Assembly: GCA_963822445.1 (NCBI GenBank)
Contig: CAWGHO010000001.1
Span: 1,280,001 to 1,344,000, forward strand
Direction of reading: 5' to 3'
From: an uncultured Acidobacteriota bacterium
GTDB taxonomy: Bacteria; Acidobacteriota; Thermoanaerobaculia; Gp7-AA8
Length of the DNA: 64,000 nucleotides
Shown: piece after piece, positions 10,217 through 18,813 of the stretch
How positions within the stretch are numbered: the first letter of the stretch is position 1
How the letters are laid out: the number at the start of each line of letters is the position of its first letter
Notes under the pieces: generated by a model
Told to the model about the DNA's origin: nothing
Databases searched by the model: none
Seen by the model: only the letters and a program-made list of their open reading frames with translations
Position numbers and translations under genes: made by a program

Positions 10217-10962
10217 GACGGCACGATCCAGCCTTCGACGACCTTCCCCTCAAACCCGAAAAACTCGCGAATGACCGCCGGCCGCATCACCTCGGCCGGC
10301 GTCGCGTCGAGCGCGAGCGCGCCGTTCTGCATCACGAGCATGCGGTCGCTGCGCGCCGACGCCCAGTTCAGATCGTGCGCCGCGAAGACGACAGTGCAGC
10401 CCGTGCGATCGACGACGTCGCGCAGCAGCGCTGAGAACTGCTGCACGTGGGAGAGATCGAGCGCGGCCAGCGGCTCATCGAGCAGGATCAGTTTCGGCGT
10501 TCCGGCCAGCACGCGCGCGAGAAACACACGCTTCCGCTCGCCGCCGCTCATCTCATCGAGATAGCGATCGGCGAGATGCGCGGCATCGCAGAGCTCGAGT
10601 GCGCGCCGCGCTTCATCGAAGTCGCTCGCCGTTTCCCACGCAAAGCGTCCGAGGTAGGGCGCGCGGCCGGAGACGACGACGTCGAGCGCGCGCATCGTAA
10701 ATGCTGGATCGGGATCCTGCGGCAGGTAGCCCACGCGCCGCGCGTACTCCTTGCCGTTCCATTGCGCGAGCGGTTTCGCTTCGAACAGAACTACGCCTGT
10801 CTGCGGCGCGAGGACTCTCGCCGCGATCTTCAGCAAAGTCGATTTACCGGAGCCGTTCGGACCGGTGAGCGCGACGAGTTGTCCCTCGCCGATTCGCAGC
10901 GACACGTCGCGCACCGCGTTCGTGCCGGCATACGAATACGTCGCGCCGCGAAGCTCGAGCAT
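10213..10962 (-). CDS. ABC transporter ATP-binding protein, cobalamin/iron-siderophore type (BtuD/FepC-like)
   Basis: Walker A GPNGSGKS, signature MSGGERKRV and Walker B LILLDEP. Confidence 0.9.
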   Translation of the reverse strand: MLELRGATYSYAGTNAVRDVSLRIGEGQLVALTGPNGSGKSTLLKIAARVLAPQTGVVLFEAKPLAQWNGKEYARRVGYLPQDPDPAFTMRALDVVVSGRAPYLGRFAWETASDFDEARRALELCDAAHLADRYLDEMSGGERKRVFLARVLAGTPKLILLDEPLAALDLSHVQQFSALLRDVVDRTGCTVVFAAHDLNWASARSDRMLVMQNGALALDATPAEVMRPAVIREFFGFEGKVVEGWIVPS

Positions 10963-11904
10963 CAGCGCGCTCTCCGCAACAACGACAGAAAGAACGGGAC
11001 CCCCAGGATCGCTGTGAATGCGCCGATCGGGAGCTCGATCGAGGTGACCGCGGTGCGCGACACGACGTCGGCGAAGACGACCAGCGCCGCGCCGCCGAGC
11101 GCTGTGAGCGGGAGGAGAAAGCGGAAGTCGCGATGCCAGATCAGGCGGATCAGATGGGGAACGAGCAGGCCGACGAAACCGATGATGCCGCTGACGGCGA
11201 CCGCGGCACCGGTGATGATCGACGCCGCGCCGAAGCCGATCAGCTTCACCCGCTCGACATCCACGCCGCGCGATTTCGCATCCTCTTCACCGAAGGCGAG
11301 CAGGCGCAGATCGTTCGCGTAAAACGCGAGCGCGGCCATCGTGACGATCAGCAGCGACGCGATCACCGCGACGTTCGGCCAGCTCGCGCCGAAGAGCGTT
11401 CCCATCATCCAGCGCAAGCGCCGCGGTGAGATCGGCCTGCGGCGAGAGGGCGAAGGAAATGAGGATGATCGCGGAGAAGAACGCGTTGAGCACCAGTCCG
11501 GAAATCAGCAGCCGCGTCGGATCGGTGTGATCGCGGCGACGCGCGAGCGCGAAGACAGCCGCGGTTGCGCCGATCGCCCCCACGAACGCGACCAGTTGCA
11601 CGGCACCGGGAACGCGCCCGAATCCCAACGCCGTCGACACCGCCGCGCCGCAGGCCGCACCGCCGGAGACGCCGAGGATGAATGGGTCCGCGAGTGGGTT
11701 CCGCAGCAGGGTTTGAAAGGTCAGACCCGCGACGGCCAGCGTCGCGCCGATGACCGCGGCGAGCAGCACGCGCGGCAGGCGGATGCGCATCACGATCGTG
11801 CGCGCGGTCTCATCGTCCCAGTCGATGCGCGTCGAGCCGAAGGCCACGGCGATGGCAATTGCCAGCAGCAGGACGAGAGTCAGGAGAAGGATCGCGCGCG
11901 TCAT
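10962..11904 (-). CDS. FecCD/BtuC-family ABC permease; one frameshift near 11417 (probable sequencing error)
   Basis: IRLPRVLLA and LRNPLADPFILGVSGGA lie in one frame; GEEDAKSRGV and SGIIGFVGLLVPH lie in the next. Removing one base at GCG CTTG CGC TGG joins them. Confidence 0.85.
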
Positions 11905-12740
11905 TCCGCGCGGTCGAGTATCGCATTCAGCGCCCGGGCCGCCTCGGCAACCCGCGGACCCGGCCGCTGAAAGATGTCCTGATCGACGGCTTCGATTCGC
12001 GGGCGGATGCCTGGCGCGCGCGCGAGCAGCGCGTCGACCTGCTCCGGCGTGACCGCGCCTCGGGGATAAAGAATCAGATCGGGCGGATTCGCGACCAGCG
12101 ATTCCAGCGAGTACTGCGGCCAGCCGCTGACCTCGACCGCGTTCTGCGCCCCCGTGTGCGTGAAGAGATCGTCGATGAATGTGTTGCGGCCGGCGACGTA
12201 CAGCGGATCGGTCCAGACGGCGAACAGCACGCGCAGGGATTTCGCACGCGTTCGTTTCTCCGAATCGAGGTAGCGCTCCAGCACGGGAATCGCGGTGTTG
12301 GTTCGATACCCGTTCGTCTTCTGCCCGAGCATGCGCATGGCCGGCGCGATTTCAGCGAGACGGTCGGTCTTCACCAGCATCAGCGGGACATTCACCGCCT
12401 TCAGCGCCTGGGCGAGATTCGGATGATTCCCTTCCGTCGAAGCGATCACCAGGTCGGGCTTCAGCGCGGCGATCTTCTCGATGTCCGGCTGCATCGCGCC
12501 GACTTTCGGCAGCCGTTGCGCGGCCGGCGGGAAATTCGAAGCGTCGTCGGTCCCGACGAGATTCTTCTCCGCGCCGACGGCGAACATCATCTCGGTGAGG
12601 TTCGGCGCGAGGCTGACCACGCGCACGGGACGCGCCGCGGGGGCGGGCGCTTCGGTCTTCTGACATCCGACCAGACAAACAAAAACCGCGGCCGAAGCCG
12701 CGGCTCGAATCCAGCGGATGCGGGAGCGGTTAGGACTCAC
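11901..12740 (-). CDS. BtuF-like helical-backbone substrate-binding lipoprotein
   Basis: RVVSLAPNLTEMMFAVGA, IEKIAALKPDLV and RPGPR; lipobox LVGC. Start uncertain (GTG 12740 or ATG 12755). Confidence 0.85.
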   Translation of the reverse strand: MSPNRSRIRWIRAAASAAVFVCLVGCQKTEAPAPAARPVRVVSLAPNLTEMMFAVGAEKNLVGTDDASNFPPAAQRLPKVGAMQPDIEKIAALKPDLVIASTEGNHPNLAQALKAVNVPLMLVKTDRLAEIAPAMRMLGQKTNGYRTNTAIPVLERYLDSEKRTRAKSLRVLFAVWTDPLYVAGRNTFIDDLFTHTGAQNAVEVSGWPQYSLESLVANPPDLILYPRGAVTPEQVDALLARAPGIRPRIEAVDQDIFQRPGPRVAEAARALNAILDRAE

Positions 12741-12960
12741 CGCCCTCGTCGTCATCGAGATCGTTGGGGACGCCGAGGCGAGTGCAGGCGGCGGCGTACA
12801 TCTGCTTGGAGGCGTTGATCGCGGACTGCAACTCGGCGATGCGGTCCTTGACCTTCGCCAGCTCTTCCTCGATCGAGTCCTTGAGATCGTTGATCTCCTG
12901 CTTGGTCACGCTGAGCGTGGTCTCGTAGAACTTTCGCTGCTGGTCTGTCAGAACGGGCAT
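12730..12960 (-). CDS. Small (76 aa) coiled-coil hypothetical protein with acidic tail
   Basis: GGAGAG SD upstream, GC3-biased codons, heptad-like INDLKDSIEEELAKVKDRIAELQ, and a DDDEGGES end. Confidence 0.75.
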   Translation of the reverse strand: MPVLTDQQRKFYETTLSVTKQEINDLKDSIEEELAKVKDRIAELQSAINASKQMYAAACTRLGVPNDLDDDEGGES

Positions 12961-12985
12961 TGAGCACTCTCCAAAGCGATTTCTA

Positions 12986-15842
12986 TCATGGCTGGAAGTC
13001 GATCGGCACGGTGAGCCACGACTTCACCCGCACGCCGTCCTTGGTGGCGGGCGCGAACGTGGAGCGGCGCATCGTTTCCTGGGCGGCCTCGTTCAGGCCC
13101 ACGGCGCGATTCACTCCGCGAATCACGTCGACGCGCATCACCTGTCCGGTCTCCGACACGAGCACGTTCATCACCACCCGTCCGCCGATTTTCTGAATGC
13201 GCGCGACGGGCGGATACGGAACGGTGCCGCGACGGGTGATGCGCGGTGGAGTGAGCCCTTCCGTTCCCGCGGGAACGAGGTCGCCTTCGCGGGCCCGGGC
13301 GGCGGCCGGCGCGGCTTGCTGCGGGGCGGGGGCCGGAGCGGTGACTTGCGGCGCCGGTTCCTGGGTCTGGGTGACGGGAGCGGGCGTGGGACGGGTCTCG
13401 ACCGGCGCGGGAGCTTCCTGCTGCGGCGTGGGACGGTTGTCCGCCACCGGAACCGGAGCGGGACGCGCCGGCGCGGTCGTCGCGGTCGCACCCTGTTGTT
13501 GCGCCTGTTGCCGGGCGAGCGCTTCGAGTCGCGCGCGTTCCGCGGCAATGCGCTTCTGCACTTCGGCATCGACGGCCGACGGATCGAGGGCCGTACCGGT
13601 CGTACCGGTGGTCAGTGTCGTATCGGTGGACAGCGGAATGACAGTGGATGTTGCCGGAGCGCCGGTCGTTGCGCTCGTTGCCGTGGCGACCGGCGTCGTG
13701 GCTGCCGGCGTGTCGGATTTCTTGTTCATCACCACGACCGCGCCGGCGATTCCCGCCAGGAGCAGAACGACGCCGATGGCGATGAGCGGCATCGCCGAGC
13801 CCTTCTTCGCGGCCGGCGGATGCTGTTCCCACGGCTCCGGCGTCGCTACGGGCGCGGGCACGGCCATCGCCGGTGCTGACGCGACGGCGGCAACGGCCGG
13901 GATAATCGTGGCGGGCTTCGCGGGCGTCACGACCGGCGGTGGCGGCAGGTGGGACGGCTCCGGCTCGGGCGCCATCATCGGCTCGGTCGTGGACATGCGG
14001 TGCATGTAGATCGCGAGGTCCGCGCTGGTCGGTGTCGGCTTGAAGCTGTAGAGGATGGCGTCGATGTCGCGAGCCATCTCCCCGGCGGTCTGATAGCGAT
14101 TGGCCGGATCTTTCTGCAGCGCCTTGAGCACGACCCGATCGATGTCTTGCGGTGACCTCGTCGTTCAACTGCGAAGGCGGCTGCGACCCGCGCTTCGCGG
14201 ACCTGCTCGAGGATCGACAGCTCGTTGTCGCCGGTGAAGAGCTTGCGGCCGGTGAGCATCTCGAAGAGCACCGTCGCCAGCGAGAAGATGTCCGAGCGCG
14301 GTCGATCGAGCGGCCCCAGGCCTGCTCGGGCGACATGTACTGCAGCTTGCCCTTGAGCGCGCCGGCCTGCGTGTGCGAAGCCTTCGACGCTGCCTTGGCG
14401 ATGCCGAAGTCGCAGAGCTTGATGTCGCCTTCCTGCGAGATCAGCACGTTCTGCGGCGAGACGTCGCGATGAACGAGGCCCATCTCCTTGTCTTCGAAGT
14501 CGCGCTTGCGGTGCGCGTAGTCGAGCGCGGAGGCGATCTTCGAGGCGATGAACAGCGCGAGCTGCGGCTGCATCGGCTGTCCGCGCTCCTCGCCGCGGCG
14601 GAGGATGGCTTTCAGATCGTAGCCATCGATGTACTCCATGGCGATGTAGTAGGAGTTCTGGATCTTGCCGAGGTCGTAGATGTGGATGATGTTGTTGTGG
14701 TTGAGCTGCGCGGCCAGCTTGGCCTCATCGACGAACATCTCGATGAAGTCCTGGTTGTCCGACAGATGGGGAAGGATCTTCTTGATGGCGACCGTCTTCT
14801 GGAATCCTTCGACGCCGCGCATCCGCGCCTTCCAGACCTCGGCCATGCCGCCCGTGGCGATCTTCTCGATCATCACGTACTGGCCGAACTTCACGCCGTC
14901 CGTGACTTCCTCTTCCTCGACGCGCGGTGCTTCCGGCGTTGCGAAGACGGGCTGCGACACCGGCACGCGGTCGGCGACGTAAGCCTTCATCCGCTCGGTG
15001 TTGAACTTCGGCGCCGGTGCGGGCGCGGGCGGAGGCTCGGGAGGAGCGACCGGCGTGGCAGGACGCGATCCCGCCGTTCCGGCCGCGGCGTTCTTGCGCG
15101 CCGATTTCTCGAGACCGGAAAGCGTGTCGTGCAGACGCTTGTCGAGATCCGACGTGCCGGTGCCGGGCATCGTGCGCGGCTTCGTCTGCGGACCCGATTG
15201 AGGCTGTGCTGGTGCTGCCGGCGGTGCCGGTGTTCCCGCGGCCGGCGTTGAAGGCTGCGCGGCGGCCGGATCTTTCCGCCGCGGGAGGTTCATGCCCGCG
15301 AGCGTGTCGGCGAGCATCTTGTCGACGTCGCCGGTCGACTGCCGCGAGGCGGTGGGCTTCTTGGCCGGCTTATCTTCCTCGAGCACGTCTCCGAAGATGT
15401 CGTTCGAGGTCAGGCCGGCAGGCGCGTCCGAGCTCGGATGCACCGTGAAGTCTTCGAACGGCGGAAGCTCGCCGCGGATGCCGAGCATCTGCTGGACCTT
15501 GCCGAGAAACTCGTGCTCGGAGTATGGCTTGGGAAGGATGTCCGATGCGCCGACGCGCTGCGCGTCCTGCTTGGGACTCTTGCCGTTGTAGCCGGAGACG
15601 GTCAGCAGGATGGGTGTCTCCTGCAGAGGCTTGCGGCCGCGGATCGCGCGAATCAGCTCGGTGGTGCTGATTTTCGGGACGACCGAGGAGAGCACGATCA
15701 GGCGCGGCTCGGCTTCGAGGGCCTTCATCGCCTCCTCGCCGTCGCGGGCAAAGGTGGTGGTGAATGGCTGCCCCGCGAGCGCCTGCTTCACGCGATCGGT
15801 GTAGCGCGGCTCGTACTCGACAACAAGAATGTTTTCAGACAT
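12986..15842 (-). CDS. Pseudo-receiver + Ser/Thr protein kinase + TM + TonB C-terminal domain fusion; three frameshifts near 14300, 14185 and 14150
   Basis: MSENILVVEYEPR...KPY receiver fold. Kinase motifs GGMAEVWK, HRDVSPQN, DFGIAK and YMSPEQ continue across frames as SDIFSLATVLFEMLTG and LKALQKDPANRYQ. Then TM LIAIGVVLLLAGIAGAVVVM and TonB-C YPPVARIQKIGGRV...FAPATKDGVRVK. Confidence 0.85.
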
Positions 15843-15926
15843 GTACGTGAGGGCCCATCGGTTTTCGGGAATGAGGCTGTGATTTTGGCACAAGCCCGTA
15901 GGACTTGCTACCGCCTCCGCCCGCCC

Positions 15927-16007
15927 GGTTGCGGGGTTACGGGGGTTTCGGGGTTCGAGAGAGCTCGGTTCTCCCCCGAAACCTCGTAACCCCGTGACCT
16001 CGCAACC
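15927..16007. repeat. Inverted array of G-rich octamer GTTDCGRG, copy 1
   Basis: GGTTGCGGGGTTACGGGGGTTTCGGGG ... CCCCGAAACCTCGTAACCCCGTGACCTCGCAACC. Confidence 0.85.
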
Positions 16008-16009
16008 CG

Positions 16010-16681
16010 TCAGCTGGCGAGGAACGCCGCTATGGCGATGATCGCCGGGCTGATCCCGGTGAGGACCAGCGTCCCGAACCCCCGCGCCGCCGAGAACCGG
16101 TTCGCCTCGGCCACGGTGTTGCTGGCCACGACGAAGTACCAGATCAGCATCGTCAGCTCCAGGGCTCCGAAGATGACCGTGCCGATGCAGCCGGCGCCCA
16201 TGGCCTCGGGCCTGAACGTCAGCTCGCCCGGGCCCACGCGCATCCGGTTCGCCATCGGGCCCGACCAGAGCAGCACCGCGGCCAGGCGATACGAGATCGC
16301 CCAGATGATCGGCGCGAGCCCCCAGGCCATGGCCGAGCGAACCTCGCGCGGCGTGCCGGTCCCTTCGAGCAGGCGGCTCACTCCATAGGCGATCCAGGAG
16401 AAGACATAAAACAAAAGGATGAAGACCGCGGCGACGGCGATGCAGATCCCGACCGCCAGCAGCCCGAAATGGACCGGCACCTTGCGCAGCCGGTCGAGCG
16501 ACGAGCGATCGAAGTCGCCGAGAATCGCTGACACCGTCGCCAGTAGAACCAGGGGGATGATCATGCGGTCGCGCCCGGCGTCGAGAATCCGCCGCATGGT
16601 GATGCGCGGGCGGATCATGATCGTGGCGAGACTCTTGAGCGCACTCGGGCGGGCGGTCGGTTCGGCGGCGACGGCTTCCAC
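16010..16681 (-). CDS. Yip1-family membrane protein
   Basis: IMIRPRITMRRI motif, about five TM segments, GTGTPREVRSAMAWG and EANRFSAARG. Start approximate (GTG 16681). Confidence 0.7.
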   Translation of the reverse strand: MEAVAAEPTARPSALKSLATIMIRPRITMRRILDAGRDRMIIPLVLLATVSAILGDFDRSSLDRLRKVPVHFGLLAVGICIAVAAVFILLFYVFSWIAYGVSRLLEGTGTPREVRSAMAWGLAPIIWAISYRLAAVLLWSGPMANRMRVGPGELTFRPEAMGAGCIGTVIFGALELTMLIWYFVVASNTVAEANRFSAARGFGTLVLTGISPAIIAIAAFLAS

Positions 16682-16777
16682 TGGATTGTCGATACGGTAC
16701 GCGACCGCCCGAGTTTCCGCGCGGGGAAAAAGACACCCGCGACTCTCTAAGGAGGTGAACCGACAAGGAGGCAATTC

Positions 16778-18592
16778 ATGTCCGAGTACACCTATTACGG
16801 TGGGCAGAAGCTCTATCTCAACAAGAAGACCGACGAGTTCGTCACGCGCGCATTGCCCGAGGACCTCCGCGCCGGCGGCTTCGATGCACGCGAACAACTC
16901 TCGTCGCAGTCGAGCCGCGTCAAGACGTCCCCCGGTGAGCTCGAGGAAACCATGGCCGCGGCGCGCGAGGTCGCGCCGACGCACCATGCCTACACCGTCG
17001 ACGAGACCAGCGAGGACTTCCTCCTCACCGATCGCATCCTGGTGAGATTCCGTGAAGTACTCCCTGACGCCGATGTAGCGGCGTTCGCCGGGCGCTACGG
17101 TCTCTTCATGAAGGAGAAGTACGGCGATCGCGACTACCTGTTCCAGGTGCTCACGGCGGCGGGCCGCAATCCGGTGAAGATCGTCGTCGACCTGAACGAA
17201 AACGCATCGGACATCGTCGAGATGGCTGAGAACGACGCGAACATGGTCGCCTCGACGTACGCGCGGCCCCTCCCCACCGATCCGTCCTTCAACGATCAGT
17301 GGCACCTGCACACAAACCGCTCCCATCCCGACTTCGACGCACGCTCGTCGTCGCTCTGCGTCAACGCCTGGGAACAGCTCGGACAGGGGAACATCCTCGG
17401 CACGGGCAATCCCGACGTCGTCATCGGCGTCACCGACGACGGCTGCCGTCTCGATCATGCCGACTTCAACTCGACCGGGAAGTTCGCGCAGTGGGGCTAC
17501 TTCGTGGGCGAGCGTCTCGTGCGGCGCGACGACGGCGATGCCGAGCCGGAGAAGATGTATCAGAGCGGCTCGAATCACGGGACCTCGTGCGCGGGCGTGA
17601 TCGCCGCTGAATCCGATACCGAGCTGACCGTCGGAGCCGCGCCGGGCTGCCGGCTGCTGCCGATCAAATGGGAATCGAGCGGGTCGAGTCTGTTCATCAG
17701 CGACTCGAAGCTGCTCACGGCCATCAACTTCATGGCCTCGCGTGTCGACATCGTTTCAAACTCCTGGGGCAGCCGGCCGACCACTCGTCGCAGCGCGTTC
17801 GTGACCGCGCGTATCCGGGCGCTCGCTGCGACCGGCGGACGCCGCGGCAAAGGAATCGTCTTCCTCTGGGCCGCGGGAAACGAAAACTGCCCGGTGGCTC
17901 ACAGCGGAAACGTCGACGTGCCGTTCACGCACGGCTGGGCTTTCCAGGGCAACACACCGGTGTGGGTGGGCGTGGAGACCAGCCGCACGTTCGTGAACAA
18001 CCTCGCCGGAATCGAGAACGTCATGATCGTTGCCGCGCTGGCAAGCACCGCGCGCAGAAGCCACTACTCGAACTACGGCACCGGTCTGACCCTGTGTGCG
18101 CCGACGAGCAATTCACACGCGTACGGCCGCGGCCCGGTGCGGGGTCTCGGCATCACCACGGCGAGCGGCGACACCACGCAGACCGTCACCTCACGTTTCG
18201 GCGGCACGTCGAGCGCGACGCCACTGGTGGCAGGCATCGCCGCGCTGGTCATCTCGGCCAATCCCGATCTCACGGCCGCGCAAGTGATCTCGATCCTCAA
18301 GCGCACGGCCGGAAAGGATCTCGACACGACGCCCTACGTGCGCACGCCGCCCGCGAACTTCGATCCGAATCCGAACTGGGACGTCTCGCCGATCGCGCCG
18401 TTCGTCGACCCCACCTTCGTCGACATCGGCGATCCCGATGGCACCTGGAGTCCCTGGTTCGGCCACGGACGCGCGGACGCGGGACGCGCCGTCGAGGCGG
18501 CGCTCCAGAGCCTGACGGCCACGCCCGTGATCGAGGGCGGTCGCTCGCCGAAGCTCAAACCGATCGAAGAGTCCCGCCAGATCTCCGCGTAG
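16778..18592 (+). CDS. S8 (subtilisin-like) serine peptidase without an evident signal peptide
   Basis: Catalytic D (VTDDG), H (NHGTSCAG), oxyanion N (AAGNE) and S (GGTSSATP). AAGGAGG SD. Confidence 0.9.
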   Translation: MSEYTYYGGQKLYLNKKTDEFVTRALPEDLRAGGFDAREQLSSQSSRVKTSPGELEETMAAAREVAPTHHAYTVDETSEDFLLTDRILVRFREVLPDADVAAFAGRYGLFMKEKYGDRDYLFQVLTAAGRNPVKIVVDLNENASDIVEMAENDANMVASTYARPLPTDPSFNDQWHLHTNRSHPDFDARSSSLCVNAWEQLGQGNILGTGNPDVVIGVTDDGCRLDHADFNSTGKFAQWGYFVGERLVRRDDGDAEPEKMYQSGSNHGTSCAGVIAAESDTELTVGAAPGCRLLPIKWESSGSSLFISDSKLLTAINFMASRVDIVSNSWGSRPTTRRSAFVTARIRALAATGGRRGKGIVFLWAAGNENCPVAHSGNVDVPFTHGWAFQGNTPVWVGVETSRTFVNNLAGIENVMIVAALASTARRSHYSNYGTGLTLCAPTSNSHAYGRGPVRGLGITTASGDTTQTVTSRFGGTSSATPLVAGIAALVISANPDLTAAQVISILKRTAGKDLDTTPYVRTPPANFDPNPNWDVSPIAPFVDPTFVDIGDPDGTWSPWFGHGRADAGRAVEAALQSLTATPVIEGGRSPKLKPIEESRQISA

Positions 18593-18608
18593 AAAAAGGG
18601 ATCCCGGG

Positions 18609-18646
18609 AGGTCCGCCGGCGCAAGGCCGGCGGACCTTTTCATTTT
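18609..18646 (+). terminator. Intrinsic terminator after the S8 peptidase
   Basis: 12-bp stem AGGTCCGCCGGC/GCCGGCGGACCT followed by TTTCATTTT. Confidence 0.8.
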
Positions 18647-18651
18647 CCGCC

Positions 18652-18680
18652 TTGCATTCTCCCCCGGCCTTGGCGATACT
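18652..18680 (+). promoter_or_regulatory. Putative sigma70 promoter of rho
   Basis: TTGCAT, 17 bp spacer, GATACT. Implies a leader of about 125-130 nt before ATG 18814. Confidence 0.6.
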
Positions 18681-18813
18681 ACGCCGCACCTCGCGCGACG
18701 ATTCATGCGTTAGGCATTCCCGCTGGGCGTTGAGACTTGATCCTCCGCCCCGAGTCGTCGATTCCCGGGACTCGCAGGTGATAAAGCTCATTCGGTTTTG
18801 AATTTGAGTTCAG

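Noticed and set aside
12740-12990. Cobalamin riboswitch upstream of the btuF-like gene
   Set aside because: The region is coding and shows no B12-box consensus.
11410-14310. Programmed frameshifting or phase variation at the slip sites
   Set aside because: No slippery heptamers, homopolymers or short tandem repeats occur at the breakpoints.
15927-16007. Octamer arrays as telomere-like or eukaryotic contamination
   Set aside because: They are short, inverted, intergenic and embedded in continuous bacterial gene context.
12948-16766. 1272-aa ORF taken as a single protein
   Set aside because: The first ~308 codons are an off-frame reading of the Yip1 gene plus the octamer repeat, and the tail is off-frame after the slips. 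The real gene is 15842 to 12986.
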